Shown here in pieces: positions 29,895-41,488 of a stretch of DNA of 64,000 nt. The notes under the pieces are model-generated. The model ran no database searches. It was not told where the DNA came from and saw nothing but the letters and a program-made list of their open reading frames with translations. Position 1 is the stretch's first letter; the number at the start of each line of letters is the position of its first letter. Source of the DNA: Candidatus Latescibacterota bacterium. Its GTDB lineage: Bacteria; Latescibacterota; CBDEFO01. Position numbers and translations under genes: made by a program. The stretch lies in the NCBI GenBank assembly GCA_965237525.1, contig CBDEFO010000008.1, positions 64,001 through 128,000 of the forward strand, written 5' to 3'.

Positions 29895-31295
29895 ATGGAA
29901 CTCACAGATAGGGTTCAGGCGTTTATACTCAGGCATAATATGATATTGCCCAAAGAGAAGGTTCTGGTGGCACTATCAGGTGGACCCGATTCTGTGGCTC
30001 TTCTGGACGTACTCTACCGTCTGAAGACGGATCTGGACATAGAACTCCACGCGGCTCATCTGAATCACAGCCTGAGGGGCGCCGAATCAGATGAGGATGC
30101 ACGCTTTGCAGAAGAGCTTGCACAGAGCATGGGGATAGGATGCGCAGTCGGAATAGAGGATGTCAAATCCTTTGTGAAAAGGACAAAAGTCTCTACCGAG
30201 AACGGGGCAAGGATTCTCAGGTACCGCTTCTTGCAGAGAGCAGCAGAGGATGTCGGGGCCTCAAAGATCGCCACAGGTCATAACCTCAACGATCAGGCAG
30301 AGACGGTACTGCTGCGTCTCTTAAGAGGGACAGGAGCCCGGGGATTAGGAGGGATACGGCCGATGAGGCAAAGCTCCATCATCAGGCCGCTATTGAGCGT
30401 GGAAAGATACCAGATAAAACGCTATCTATCAGAGCGCGGCTTGTCCTTTCGTGAGGATTCGTCAAATTCGGATACCAACTTTGCCAGAAATAAGATCAGA
30501 AACGAGTTAATTCCCCTTTTGGAGGAGGACTATAGCCGGAATATCTTGAAGATCCTTGACAGGACAGGCCACATCCTTCAAGATGAAGATGATTTTCTGG
30601 ATGACGTCTCACAAAAGGTGTTTGAGGATGTGGTAGAAAATGAATCAAAAGGCAAGATCTTCCTCAACCTGGCGCGCCTTTTGGACTACCACGTGGCGGT
30701 ACAACGACGCATCATAAGGATATGCCTGGAGCGGCTCTTTGAAGGAGAAGTAGGATCGGACTTTGAATCCGTGGAAGCTGTTCTCCTGGTTGCAGAAGGC
30801 AAAAAGGGGAAAGTCGATCTTCCAAAAGGAATCGGGGTACAAAGATCGGGGGGACTGCTGATCCTTAAGAGAGGGGCGATCCCGCCCTTTAGAACCAGGG
30901 TGAACCTCCCTGGACAGACCTCTATCGCCGAGTTGGGTGCGACTCTTCGAACTCGCATTGTCCCCTTCGCCGGGCAAGTCCAGATGTACAAATATTCCGA
31001 TTCCTACAGGGCGGCGTTTGATGTGAATTCAGTGGGGAATTGCTTGGAGATCAGGAGCCCGCTTCCAGAAGATACGATGCGTCCCTTCGGGATGCACGGT
31101 CACAAAAAGATCAAGAACCTTTTGATAGATGAGAAGATCCCCCGTGTTTTGAGGGACGAAGTCCCGATCCTGTCGGACGAAAATGGTATCTTATGGGTCG
31201 TAGGCGTGAAGATAGATGAAACCAGACGTGTGAGTCCACAGACACAGAAAGTCTTGGAAGCTGAGTTTCAAAGCCCCTCATGTTTTGAAGCTTGA
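29895..31295 (+). CDS. tilS: tRNA(Ile)-lysidine synthetase
   Basis: SGGPDS PP-loop, GHNLNDQAET, IRPLL, RNKIR. Confidence 0.97.
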   Translation: MELTDRVQAFILRHNMILPKEKVLVALSGGPDSVALLDVLYRLKTDLDIELHAAHLNHSLRGAESDEDARFAEELAQSMGIGCAVGIEDVKSFVKRTKVSTENGARILRYRFLQRAAEDVGASKIATGHNLNDQAETVLLRLLRGTGARGLGGIRPMRQSSIIRPLLSVERYQIKRYLSERGLSFREDSSNSDTNFARNKIRNELIPLLEEDYSRNILKILDRTGHILQDEDDFLDDVSQKVFEDVVENESKGKIFLNLARLLDYHVAVQRRIIRICLERLFEGEVGSDFESVEAVLLVAEGKKGKVDLPKGIGVQRSGGLLILKRGAIPPFRTRVNLPGQTSIAELGATLRTRIVPFAGQVQMYKYSDSYRAAFDVNSVGNCLEIRSPLPEDTMRPFGMHGHKKIKNLLIDEKIPRVLRDEVPILSDENGILWVVGVKIDETRRVSPQTQKVLEAEFQSPSCFEA

Positions 31296-31314
31296 GCGCA
31301 GGAGAATATAGCTT

Positions 31315-33573
31315 ATGAATCGGCCGGATAGTGAGGATAAAAATAAAAAGGACAAAAGGCGAAGATTACTGGTGCCGCGTATACCCCGGCGTGGAAAGCG
31401 TCAGGACGAAAACAAACCAAGTGAGGGGAGATTTCAGCAGGCGCTAAACGAAAAATCGCGGAAGTCCGGAGATCAGCAGGTTCCCCCTCCAAAATGGAGA
31501 AAGTTGTCCAAGACGTTCCTGTTCTGGATGCTCATCGTGATGATATTCATAGCGGTAACGAAGTTCTTTGACAGCGATCCGCAGCAGTTCGAGATAGACT
31601 ACAGCGAATACAAGGAACTGCTACTGTCAGGAATGATCGCTGAACTCACCATAATAGATGCAGAATTACACGGGGTGCTTAAGGAAGATTACGAACCCAC
31701 GGAGAGTTACGAACCTGGGGTAGAGGAGATAAAGAGACACTATGAAAACCGTTTTGTGGTGAATATAGGCATCGTGGATTCGGATACTATTAAGGAGTGG
31801 GTAAAATGGGGCGTCGTTATAAAGTTTGAGGAGAAGTCCTCAAACTGGTTGGGAGTTGTGCTTCAGATATTCCCGTGGTTTATATTCTTCGGCGTGTGGC
31901 TCTTCCTTTTAAGGCAGATGCAGGGGGGGCCAAAGGGATTGTTTTCGTTCGGAAAGAGCAAAGCAAAGCTCGTAGCTGAAGACAAACCCAAGGTGACGTT
32001 TAAGGACGTGGCGGGAGCCGATGAGGCAAAGCAGGAATTAGAGGAGATCATCGAGTTTTTGAAAGACCCGAAGAAGTTTCAAAGATTGGGAGGCAGAATC
32101 CCGAAAGGGGTGCTCCTTGTGGGACCTCCAGGTACGGGGAAAACCTATATGGCAAAGGCCGTGGCGGGCGAAGCCGAGGTCCCGTTCTTCAGCATGAGCG
32201 GGTCCGATTTTGTGGAGATGTTTGTGGGCGTGGGAGCGTCCAGAGTAAGGGATCTCTTTGATCAGGGAAAGAACAACGCTCCGTGCATTATATTCATAGA
32301 CGAACTGGATGCTGTAGGAAGACACAGGGGCGCAGGGATAGGCGGCGGACACGATGAGCGCGAGCAGACGTTGAACCAACTCCTTGTGGAGATGGATGGA
32401 TTCAACACCAACGAAGGCGTAATCTTAATCGCAGCTACCAATAGGCCAGATGTGTTAGACCCTGCACTTTTGAGGCCGGGGCGGTTCGACAGACATGTTG
32501 TAGTAGAAAGACCAGATGTGAAGGGCAGAGAGGGCATTCTGAGGGTTCATACCAGACTGAAGCACATTCCACTTGCAAAGGGTGTGAATTTGAAGGTGTT
32601 GGCCAGAGGAACACCGGGGCTTTCAGGGGCAGATCTGGAGAATCTGGTGAACGAGGCGGCTCTTTTAGCCTCCAAGCGCAACCGGAAGAACGTAACGACG
32701 CAGGACTTTGAGGATTCAAAGGACAAGGTTATGATGGGCGCGGAGCGAAGGAGCCTGGTGATCTCTGATGAGGAGAAGAAACTGATTGCCTATCACGAGG
32801 TGGGCCATTCTCTGGTCGCAAAGCTTATTCCAGGGAGCGATCCTGTGCATAAGGTGACGATAATTCCGAGGGGAAAGGCCTTAGGTGTAACGCATTTTCT
32901 GCCCATAGACGAAAAACATACTTATTCAAAGACCTACTGTCTGGGAAAGATAGCTCATGTTTTAGGAGGAAGGGTAGCCGAAAAGATTGTCTTTGGCGAG
33001 ATGAGCACTGGCTCAGGAAACGATTATGAGCAGGCTACAAACCTTGCACGGAATATGGTGTGTGAATGGGGGATGAGCGATCGTTTGGGCCCTATAACCT
33101 ACGGGAAGAAAGAAGAGGAGATATTCTTAGGAAGGGAGATAGCCAAGCGCAGGGACTACAGCGAAAAGACAGCGCAGATTATTGATGAGGAGGTAGAGAA
33201 GTTAGTCACAGGAGCCGAAAAGAAGGTGGAGCAGTTGTTGAGAGATAATATAGATAAGATGCATACTCTGGCTGAGACCCTTTTGGAGTTAGAGGTATTG
33301 GACGGTTCTCAAATAGATAGGGTCCTGGCTGGGGAGGACATTCGAAAGGTCAGGAGTAAGCAACCTCGAAGGAGAGGAAGTACGCCGTCTCGCACGAATC
33401 CTAGCAGAAGCCGCACCTCAAACCAGGATGGTAAAAGCTCAGAACGTTCACCGCATTCGGATTCAAAGGATACTCAAAAGGGCAAAGCGCCAGATTCCAA
33501 AGATAAAGATTCACAAGACGGCAGAGAGCGGGAGGATGTGAGCACTTCAAAGGAGCAGCCCCAAAACAGATAG
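31315..33573 (+). CDS. ftsH: ATP-dependent zinc metalloprotease FtsH
   Basis: Two TM helices, [30 protein letters not shown]. Confidence 0.98.
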   Translation: MNRPDSEDKNKKDKRRRLLVPRIPRRGKRQDENKPSEGRFQQALNEKSRKSGDQQVPPPKWRKLSKTFLFWMLIVMIFIAVTKFFDSDPQQFEIDYSEYKELLLSGMIAELTIIDAELHGVLKEDYEPTESYEPGVEEIKRHYENRFVVNIGIVDSDTIKEWVKWGVVIKFEEKSSNWLGVVLQIFPWFIFFGVWLFLLRQMQGGPKGLFSFGKSKAKLVAEDKPKVTFKDVAGADEAKQELEEIIEFLKDPKKFQRLGGRIPKGVLLVGPPGTGKTYMAKAVAGEAEVPFFSMSGSDFVEMFVGVGASRVRDLFDQGKNNAPCIIFIDELDAVGRHRGAGIGGGHDEREQTLNQLLVEMDGFNTNEGVILIAATNRPDVLDPALLRPGRFDRHVVVERPDVKGREGILRVHTRLKHIPLAKGVNLKVLARGTPGLSGADLENLVNEAALLASKRNRKNVTTQDFEDSKDKVMMGAERRSLVISDEEKKLIAYHEVGHSLVAKLIPGSDPVHKVTIIPRGKALGVTHFLPIDEKHTYSKTYCLGKIAHVLGGRVAEKIVFGEMSTGSGNDYEQATNLARNMVCEWGMSDRLGPITYGKKEEEIFLGREIAKRRDYSEKTAQIIDEEVEKLVTGAEKKVEQLLRDNIDKMHTLAETLLELEVLDGSQIDRVLAGEDIRKVRSKQPRRRGSTPSRTNPSRSRTSNQDGKSSERSPHSDSKDTQKGKAPDSKDKDSQDGREREDVSTSKEQPQNR

Positions 33574-33658
33574 ATATAGCGTCAAAGCTTGACCCTGAAT
33601 GTAAAGGACAAATTCGCAGAGTAAAAAGGGATGGAACGATGCCTTACAGACTACCAAG

Positions 33659-34972
33659 ATGCGGCATCATTTCCATCCCTTTTTTGAATTGGGACGTAGA
33701 GAGCTTTGTAGTTCTGGAGTGAGAGATTTGGTAAGGACGATATGTCTGAAAAATAGAGACGACGTGGAAAGAGAGATGGGGCTTCTCGGCGTTGATCCGG
33801 GCGGACGGGCGCTGATGTCCGATAAGGCTCTCTTCAAAGTTGTGAAGATATATGGAGTATCCTCTCCGGCGGCGAATATCCTAAAGCAGGAGATGTTGTC
33901 TTTGGGAGGGGATGCAGGAGTGGCTAAGGGAGTGATAAACTGTAAGATTGAGAAGTCCGATGTGCTACTTATGGGAACTTTAAAGCAGTTGAACGAACTG
34001 GCAAAGAAGCTAAAGGCTCAGCCGTTCGGCTTAAAGAAGGTGGCTTTGGATCTATCGGAACATTTAAAGAGACAGGAGCGGGGGAATAAGTTGCAGATCC
34101 GGCTCAGGGACCGGAGCTTATGCCTTTCGTCCAGGACGCACATCATGGGCATATTGAACGTGACGCCTGATTCTTTCTCAGATGGAGGCAGATTCATAGA
34201 AAAAGATGCGGCCTTAGGGCAGGCTTTGCGAATGATAGCAGAAGGCGCAGATATAATAGATATAGGGGGTGAATCGACTCGTCCCGGATCAGATACTGTG
34301 CCTTTTGATGTGGAAGTGGAAAGAGTAGTCCCGACAGTGGAGGCGATAAGAAGAAAGTCCGATATTCCCATATCCGTAGACACTTATAAACCAACAGTCG
34401 CAAGATGCGCTCTGGATGTCGGAGCGGACATAATCAACGACATAAGCGCCCTAAGGGAGATGGAGAAGGATGTGGCAGCAAAGCCAGACTCTCTCGGCCA
34501 GAAGATGATAGCTGTGGCAACAGAATACGAGGCCCCTGTGGTCTTGATGCATCTTCTGGGAACGCCCAAGACTATGCAGAAGAATCCCTCTTATGTCGAT
34601 CTGATGGGAGAAATATGGGAGTTTTTGCAAGAGAGGATCTCGATGTGCAGGCAAATGGGAATAGGGGAGGGTAAGATAATCGTAGATCCGGGCATCGGCT
34701 TCGGCAAGACGCCCGAACATAATCTGGAGATTATAAGAAGATTAAGCGAATTAGCGTCGTTGGGATGTCCCCTCTTAGTCGGTCCTTCAAGAAAATCGTT
34801 TATAGGAAAGACGTTAGACCTTTCTCCTGAAGATCGTTTGGAGGGGACTGTAGCAGCGTGTGTAATAGCCGCTTGTAACGGAGCAAATGTCCTGAGAGTT
34901 CACGATGTGAAAGAGACAGTAAGGGTGCTTTCTATGGCAGATGCGATCTCAAGCGGTAGCTTTGACCTATAA
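33659..34972 (+). CDS. folP: Dihydropteroate synthase with N-terminal extension (start uncertain)
   Basis: MGILNVTPDSFSDGG, GGESTRPG, DPGIGFGK, SRKSFIG, RVHDV. Confidence 0.95.
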   Translation: MRHHFHPFFELGRRELCSSGVRDLVRTICLKNRDDVEREMGLLGVDPGGRALMSDKALFKVVKIYGVSSPAANILKQEMLSLGGDAGVAKGVINCKIEKSDVLLMGTLKQLNELAKKLKAQPFGLKKVALDLSEHLKRQERGNKLQIRLRDRSLCLSSRTHIMGILNVTPDSFSDGGRFIEKDAALGQALRMIAEGADIIDIGGESTRPGSDTVPFDVEVERVVPTVEAIRRKSDIPISVDTYKPTVARCALDVGADIINDISALREMEKDVAAKPDSLGQKMIAVATEYEAPVVLMHLLGTPKTMQKNPSYVDLMGEIWEFLQERISMCRQMGIGEGKIIVDPGIGFGKTPEHNLEIIRRLSELASLGCPLLVGPSRKSFIGKTLDLSPEDRLEGTVAACVIAACNGANVLRVHDVKETVRVLSMADAISSGSFDL

Positions 34973-34999
34973 GACCTCCGCAGATTGATGCCCGTGTTC

Positions 35000-35018
35000 A
35001 CCGATAGAATCAATCGGG
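35000..35018. repeat. 19-bp palindromic element, copy 6
   Basis: TC|ACCGATAGAATCAATCGGG|GA (1 mismatch). Confidence 0.9.
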
Positions 35019-35050
35019 GATTGAGGAGGAAAACAGGTTTTCCTTCGATT

Positions 35051-35161
35051 CTACTTAAACATCTGGTCAAGGGATCGGATGATTTGGCTCATGGGCACAT
35101 TAATCTCTTCTACATCTTTCCGGGAAAGATATAGGATCTTTCCAAGTTCCGTTCTCTTCAC
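35051..35161 (-). pseudogene. N-terminal fragment of an ornithine cyclodeaminase/mu-crystallin family gene
   Basis: GTG start after GAGG: KRTELGKILYLSRKDVEEINVPMSQIIRSLDQMFK*. Confidence 0.55.
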
Positions 35162-35243
35162 CTCATCTGCAGAATTTGATCGTATTCGAAGTCTAACATG
35201 CGAAGTGCTTGGCGTCCCTTAGACTAAAGGCTTCCCCTCAACA

Positions 35244-35380
35244 TTACTCTCCCCATGCCTCCCCAAAGAGTCGGAGCCAGTTAGCGCAGGATCTTGGTTA
35301 TATCAGATTGGTTGTATCCGCGCTTCAGCAACTCCCCTGGAACGCTGGACAGCTTATCAGGTGTCTCCATATCTCGGTGA
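35244..35380 (-). pseudogene. C-terminal fragment of a membrane dipeptidase (M19) gene
   Basis: DMETPDKLSSVPGELLKRGYNQSDITKIL-(frameshift)-NWLRLFGEAWGE*. Confidence 0.65.
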
Positions 35381-35385
35381 TACCC

Positions 35386-36921
35386 TCACAGTAGATTCCT
35401 ATCCAAACTCCTGTACTGTATGGCTTCGCCCACATGCTGAGGAAGTATGTGTTCACTTCCCTCCAAATCAGCTATGGTCCTTGAGACTTTGAGAATTCTG
35501 TCGTAAGCCCTTGCGGACAAACCTAGCTTCGTTATAGCCGTCTTTAAGAGTTCATTCCCCTTTTCGTCTATCTTGCAAAACGTCCTTATCTGTTTGGATT
35601 CCATCTGGGAGTTGCAGAACGTATCTGACAATCCTTTGAATCTGCCTTGCTGAATCTGCCTTGCCCTGTTCACCTTTTTCCTTATGAGCTCTGATTTTTC
35701 GCCTGTGAGTTCCCCGGATAGTTCCTTATAGCGGACTGCGGGGACCTCGATGTGTATATCTATCCTATCCAACAGCGGTCCCGATATTTTGGACAGGTAT
35801 CTCTGGATCAGAAGTGGAGAGCAGGTGCACTCGCGGTTAGGATCGGAAAAATACCCGCAGGGGCAGGGATTCATCGCAGCGGCTAACATGAAACTTGATG
35901 GATAGGTAAGGGACACGGCAGCTCTGGATATCGTGACTCTTCCGTCTTCGATGGGCTGCCTTAGAACTTCCAGCACGGATCTTTTAAATTCGGGCAGTTC
36001 GTCCAAGAATAGTACACCGTGATGCGCTAAACTTACCTCTCCAGGCTTCGGATTGGGACCTCCTCCGATAAGTCCGGCGTCGCTAATTGTGTGATGCGGA
36101 GAGCGAAAGGGTCTAGTAGTTATGAGGGCTGTATCTTTGTCAAGGCGACCGGCCACAGAGTGTATCTTAGTCGTGGAGATAGCCTCCTCCTGCGTAAGAT
36201 CGGGGAGTATAGTAGGAAGTCTGCGAGCAAGCATAGTCTTGCCAGATCCGGGAGGACCTATCATAATGATATTATGTCCCCCTGCTGCGGCGACTTCTAT
36301 GGACCTTTTGACATGCTCCTGCCCTTTGACGTCCACAAAGTCGAGTGTGTATTCCCCGCTCTGTGCAAAGACCTGTCCAATATCGAACCTGAGGGGCTGT
36401 AGAGCAATCTCTCTGTTGAGAAATCCGACGGCCTCAGATAGGCTTAAGGCAGGATAGACCTCAAGTTGGGGTCCAGCCATTGCGGCTTCTTTGGCGTTCT
36501 CCCTCGGTAGGATAATACCCCTGAGTCCGCGCTCTTTTGCATCCACCGCCATAGAGAGAACGCCCCTTATCGGTCGGAGCGAGCCGTCTAAAGAGAGTTC
36601 CCCAACGAGCATGTAGTCCTGCAGGAAGCCCGGCTCAACCTGCTTTGTGGCGGCCAGAATGCCGACAGCCACAGGGAGGTCGAAGGCAGAACCCTCCTTC
36701 CTTATGTCGGCCGGAGCCAGGTTCACTGTGATCCTCTTGTGCGGGAACAAGAGGCCGGAGTTCTTAATAGCGGCGGCGACTCGGTCCTTGCTCTCCTTGA
36801 CCGCAGCATCAGGGAGTCCGACTATGGAAAACGAGGGCAATTGTCGGTCTATGTCGGTCTCGACCTCGACAAGATAGGCGTCTATACCCAGCGTAGCGCT
36901 GCTTAATACTTTAGATAACAT
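35386..36921 (-). CDS. comM: YifB/ComM family Mg-chelatase-like AAA+ ATPase
   Basis: [36 protein letters not shown]. Confidence 0.95.
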   Translation of the reverse strand: MLSKVLSSATLGIDAYLVEVETDIDRQLPSFSIVGLPDAAVKESKDRVAAAIKNSGLLFPHKRITVNLAPADIRKEGSAFDLPVAVGILAATKQVEPGFLQDYMLVGELSLDGSLRPIRGVLSMAVDAKERGLRGIILPRENAKEAAMAGPQLEVYPALSLSEAVGFLNREIALQPLRFDIGQVFAQSGEYTLDFVDVKGQEHVKRSIEVAAAGGHNIIMIGPPGSGKTMLARRLPTILPDLTQEEAISTTKIHSVAGRLDKDTALITTRPFRSPHHTISDAGLIGGGPNPKPGEVSLAHHGVLFLDELPEFKRSVLEVLRQPIEDGRVTISRAAVSLTYPSSFMLAAAMNPCPCGYFSDPNRECTCSPLLIQRYLSKISGPLLDRIDIHIEVPAVRYKELSGELTGEKSELIRKKVNRARQIQQGRFKGLSDTFCNSQMESKQIRTFCKIDEKGNELLKTAITKLGLSARAYDRILKVSRTIADLEGSEHILPQHVGEAIQYRSLDRNLL

Positions 36922-37060
36922 AAGGAAGCGTATCACAAAAGTGAAGATTTCTCCACGATTGTCCGTTCGGTAGACGTCGGTTATTCAGATGACGTCGCAC
37001 AAATTGTCAGTTGCCAGAGTGATTGGCGTGAAGGTTCCTATGGGCAAGATGTCTTGTCCT

Positions 37061-37873
37061 TCAGCGCCGGTAGATACGCCGATTATAGTCGTCATAGATC
37101 TCGCGAGCACGCTGGTCTTCCTTGACCGCGGTGACCATTTCAGCGAGTGTTCTAATCTGATCCTGGAGGAATATGCGGCCTTTCTCGGCCGTGGAACTGC
37201 CGGGCGTACCGCGCGTCAGATGCGGCTGCTGGGAGATCCACGCCATCGGGGTATACATATGTTTCAGATGATCTAAGCCTTCGCGTGGTGGCTCATTTAC
37301 GTGCCTGGCTTCGTCCATGTCCACCAGGTCGGGCTGGATGTGCAGCATCTCACTGGTCTCCCACTCGCAGGCGTGCCCGTAATCTGAAGACTCAAAGATC
37401 TCGTAGAACAGGTCTTTGTTCATGTAACCGCCGACTGCATCGGGGTCCTTGCCCCGGGCGTCGCAGTAGTAAGGCACCCAGTCCTTGCCTTTGTCGAGCA
37501 TAGACATGACAAACTGCGGCAGAAACCACTTGTTGCCACCGTGCCCGCTGACGAAGATGATCTTCTTGCAGCCGTTGCGGGCGATCTCGTCGCAGACATT
37601 TTCGAATAGAGGAAAGAGCAGATGATTGTCTATGACTATCCCTCCGGGCACAGCTTTGGCTTCGAAGTTGCTGGAGAAATGGATGACGGAGAAGACGATG
37701 GCCGGAGCGAGCTTGGCGACCTCACCCGCGACGTAACGGGCGATGATGGCATCGTTTCCCAGAGGTAAGTGATTGCCGTGGTATTCGAGGACGCCTACCG
37801 GGACGATGCAGACGCCGCCCGTATCCTTGACGGCTTGCTCAAACTGATCGGCTCGAAGTTGTTCCCATTGCAT
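37061..37873 (-). CDS. Creatininase family protein
   Basis: PVGVLEYHGNHLPLGND, GHGGN, HACEWETS. Confidence 0.92.
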   Translation of the reverse strand: MQWEQLRADQFEQAVKDTGGVCIVPVGVLEYHGNHLPLGNDAIIARYVAGEVAKLAPAIVFSVIHFSSNFEAKAVPGGIVIDNHLLFPLFENVCDEIARNGCKKIIFVSGHGGNKWFLPQFVMSMLDKGKDWVPYYCDARGKDPDAVGGYMNKDLFYEIFESSDYGHACEWETSEMLHIQPDLVDMDEARHVNEPPREGLDHLKHMYTPMAWISQQPHLTRGTPGSSTAEKGRIFLQDQIRTLAEMVTAVKEDQRAREIYDDYNRRIYRR

Positions 37874-38517
37874 GAATAGACCTCCTCAATCTGACTCTCA
37901 GGGCCGCCAGCGGATCAGCGTCGTGCCCATGGTCAGTTAGTTAGGGTAAAATGAGCACTGTGTCGAAGCTGCAAAGATGTGGACCGCAGCGAAGAACGAG
38001 ACGAACCCGCGCCGGGCACCGGGTTTGACGAATGAATCGGGAACCATCACCAGTTGTGGACTATCAGGATGAGCCAGAGGACAGCGCCGTGCAACCGTAC
38101 CGATGGGGCATAGCGTTTTGTTCAGATGGATTGTATTGGTATCTTTGTGAGGACGTAGAAACGCGATTAATCAGCAGAGCCTTACGGCATCAAGCCAACG
38201 TGTAGACGAGTTGGTGCATGCTTCAAGGTTGTGACGAAGATCGTTTATTAGTCCACTCGCCACGCCACACACGATAAAGCATCTCCGCTACTTGAATCCG
38301 TTTGTAAAGCGCGACACCCTGTTTGCTGATAAGTTTGTCCAATGCCTCTTTTGCTGCTGTGACTCTTTTATTCTACACGAATATACACTCCCTGCTTCTG
38401 ACTCTCCCATGTATCTAACGGGATGCCAGTCCGTCTATCAGACGTCAATCGGATAACGCCCATATTTCCGCACCGCCTCGGACATTCGCGCAATTTTAGC
38501 CATCTTTGCAATGTGAA

Positions 38518-39039
38518 TCATTTTTGAGCATCAAAAACATGAATCGCATTAGTAAAGAGAGTAGAATTCGGAATGAGAAACTTTTTGCCCTCTGCCTGAA
38601 GAGTAGTGTATCGAAGATCAATAACGATCACGATCCCCTCAAGGCCTGCTACAGAAATACGGTCATTGAGCTGAAAAGGGTGATAGATTAGGATAAGTGC
38701 ACCTGCAAGGACATTAGAAAGGCCGTCCCTGAGCGCAAATCCAAGCGCAAAACCCGTAAGTCCCAAACCAGCCACCAAAGCGGTGATATTAATGCCCATC
38801 TTCCCCAGTGCTATCACAGCCCCCAAAATTATCAAAATGCCTTTGGCCGACTGCCCCATCAAATTGAAAACCTCTTTTCTACTTAGGGCAGCTATCTTAT
38901 CGATGCGCCGAATGATGGTCTTAATAATAACGCCTGCTAACCAAAACGAGAAAAAAATAAGCAGACCAATCACAGCTCGAGGTATAAAAAGCGCTATTTG
39001 AGTTATCAGATCTTGCAGCTCTTTCAATATTCCTTCCAT
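38518..39039 (-). CDS. Short MscS-family mechanosensitive channel
   Basis: AGLGLTGFALGFALRDGLSNVLAG, IDLRYT, IPNS; lacks the C-terminal domain. Confidence 0.88.
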   Translation of the reverse strand: MEGILKELQDLITQIALFIPRAVIGLLIFFSFWLAGVIIKTIIRRIDKIAALSRKEVFNLMGQSAKGILIILGAVIALGKMGINITALVAGLGLTGFALGFALRDGLSNVLAGALILIYHPFQLNDRISVAGLEGIVIVIDLRYTTLQAEGKKFLIPNSTLFTNAIHVFDAQK

Positions 39040-39228
39040 TTTTTACCCTCCCAGATAAGGCCCATTTCTTCTACTGTAAAGACAAAACCAATACTGACCG
39101 TTGCTCCTAAGGCTAAATAATCCGATGTAAATTGGTTCATTCTCCTTTCTTTATGCTAATTTATATTAGTAGACACTTTCGTATAACGATTTTGCGGGCG
39201 CTCTGAGCGAGGCAGTGTATTTCATATC

Positions 39229-39717
39229 TTAAAGAGCTATCCTCTCAATCTCCCCCGTCTCGGTATCGTAGAGACAAAAAGACGGCTCTCCCTTATTCCC
39301 CATTATCTCACCGGGGTTGACCAGTTTCGTCTCGTTTAATTCTTCGACCGATTGGATGTGTGTATGTCCGTAGAATACGACGTCGTATGCTCCCGAATCA
39401 GCGAGGGAACGGGCAAGGTCGGGAAAGTGATGTACAGCGATCTTCTTGCCATCGATCTCTATGTCAGCTATCCTTCCGTGAAGTGTAATGTTGTCTGTGG
39501 AAGTGGATTTTGTGGTCAGAAGGTATATATCTCCATCAACGTTGCCAAAGACGCCGTGCACAGGACCTGAAAATTGGCTCAGCTGGTCTATGATAAAAGG
39601 AGCACAGTAGTCGCCACAGTGGATCAGAACTTCTGCCTTTCTCTCTTCAATAGCACCCAGAGCTTTGGAAAGATTCCAGACGTTATCGTGCGTGTCGCTG
39701 ATAACCGCTATTATCAT
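39229..39717 (-). CDS. YfcE-family metallophosphoesterase
   Basis: SDTH, HCGD, GNVD, GHTH, NPG. Confidence 0.92.
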   Translation of the reverse strand: MIIAVISDTHDNVWNLSKALGAIEERKAEVLIHCGDYCAPFIIDQLSQFSGPVHGVFGNVDGDIYLLTTKSTSTDNITLHGRIADIEIDGKKIAVHHFPDLARSLADSGAYDVVFYGHTHIQSVEELNETKLVNPGEIMGNKGEPSFCLYDTETGEIERIAL

Positions 39718-39793
39718 CTTTGGCTTCCTTTCCTCAAAAACAGTAGACAGCGACTGCCCCTGCCTTCCCTGTATGCTGTTTACTTACTTGGAG

Positions 39794-40336
39794 CTATCTT
39801 CCCGTCAGGGATAAGCTTAGAGCTGTGGTGAGCTTGAGGACATCTCTATTTGCGGCTCTAAGGCGTCCTGATATAAGTTGAGCGAACTCCTTGTAGATGA
39901 GATAGCCCATGTTGGAGTCTTCTTTTAAGAGCCTGTCAAGGTTGTCCCTTTCGATGACAAATACGGTGCATTCCGTAAGAGCCACCACCGTAGCAGAGCG
40001 TTCGTCGCTGTCGAGCATAGCCATCTCTCCAAAGCAAGCGTGGTCTTTCCCCTCAAGGCGTATGAAGGACTTTTCTCTCTCTTCAAATTCTTGTCGAGAG
40101 ACCTTGAGTGTTAAAGATTTGGAGACCTCAACCCTGCCGTCCAGGAGTATATACATCGTGTTTCCGATTTCGCCTTCGCGGATGATAGTTTCCCCTTCTT
40201 TGAATTTCGTCTGGGAGACGACGGTAAGGAGCTTGGCTATCTGCTCGTCGGAGAGGTCTGAGAAAATGGGCACCTGTTTTAAGAATTTTACTTCCTTAGA
40301 CCCCGTCTTTGTCCCTGTAGTGATATCTCGGTTCAT
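39794..40336 (-). CDS. Cyclic-nucleotide-binding domain protein
   Basis: IIREGE, FGEMAML, RSATVVA. Confidence 0.92.
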   Translation of the reverse strand: MNRDITTGTKTGSKEVKFLKQVPIFSDLSDEQIAKLLTVVSQTKFKEGETIIREGEIGNTMYILLDGRVEVSKSLTLKVSRQEFEEREKSFIRLEGKDHACFGEMAMLDSDERSATVVALTECTVFVIERDNLDRLLKEDSNMGYLIYKEFAQLISGRLRAANRDVLKLTTALSLSLTGR

Positions 40337-41488
40337 AGCCTGCTCGATTTGCCTGATCTATACCCCTCTTGAGGGTATCTGACTACTTTATTGTGATACG
40401 GTCGCGGGCTATCACTATAGCTTTATCGTCTTCGAGTATCTCATAATCATCATCGGGGTTAACAATGGTCTCCGCTTTCTTTTTAGTTTCTGCGCTTATG
40501 TCCCTACCGGCCAAAAGGAACTCTCTTTTTATGAATTGATCTATCTGCGAGGTGTCGTCGCTGATCATGTCCTCCAAGGGAATTCCCTGTTCCTCCGCTA
40601 TGATCCCGATGAGTATGGCTTTGAATCGCTCTCTGTAATAAGAGGCCAAATCTTTGAATGTCTTTCCCACATATTCTTTGGGTATGTCGGCGCGCCAGAT
40701 TTCGTTTCCGGGATCGTAGGTCAGAAGTTCTCTCACAGCTTCGGTTATTCCAGTAGACACGGCGGCAGATGCCAGCAAAAAGCCGCTGTACTCTCCTCTT
40801 ATTATGATGTCGTCCACGTCTGCGCGGCGCAGATGCTGTGCGTTTTCCGAATCCAGAATCTCCGCGCAGACCTTAACTTCAGGCTTGATCGTCTTGATGG
40901 CAAGCGTGGCAAAAATCGTGCGTTCGTCGGTGTTGACTCTAAGGTCGCCCTCCTGCGTCTGTGCAAGGACTATAGCGGCTCGCGCCCCTGAGATATTGGC
41001 CCTTTTAAGAACGCTCTCCTGAACGAAGTCCCCTCTGACATAGGAGAGTCCCCTATCGTCGTATCTAAATAAGATCTCGTTGACCTCCTCTTCAGGCAGA
41101 TCGTTTATTATCAAAAGATCTGCACTTTTGGCGGCCTCAAGTTTGATTAAACCACCTATGACTTCATCAGCGTGATGGTTCCATCCGCAGATAACTATGT
41201 GTCCTTCCAATGTTACGCTTTCCAAACCTCTCCCCTCCTTTATTCTCCTTGCAGTCATGATCGAGGCTATCGTAGCTGTAAAAAGGGAGATGAGGATCAT
41301 CCCCGAGAATATGACGGCGCCGCTGGCTACTTTACTCCATGCAGTCACAGGGGTTATGTCCCCGTAGCCGACGGTCGTCATTGTGACCATAGCCCAATAG
41401 ACAGAGTTCCAGAATGTGAGGTTCTCGTTGTTCGCCTTCTCGAGTGTAAGGAAGACGAAAGCACCGAGGAACATAACTGTGAGCATTA

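Noticed and set aside
33659..34140. N-terminal extension of FolP as a novel fusion
   Set aside because: I recall similar extensions in other anaerobe FolP proteins; no evidence of novelty from the sequence alone.
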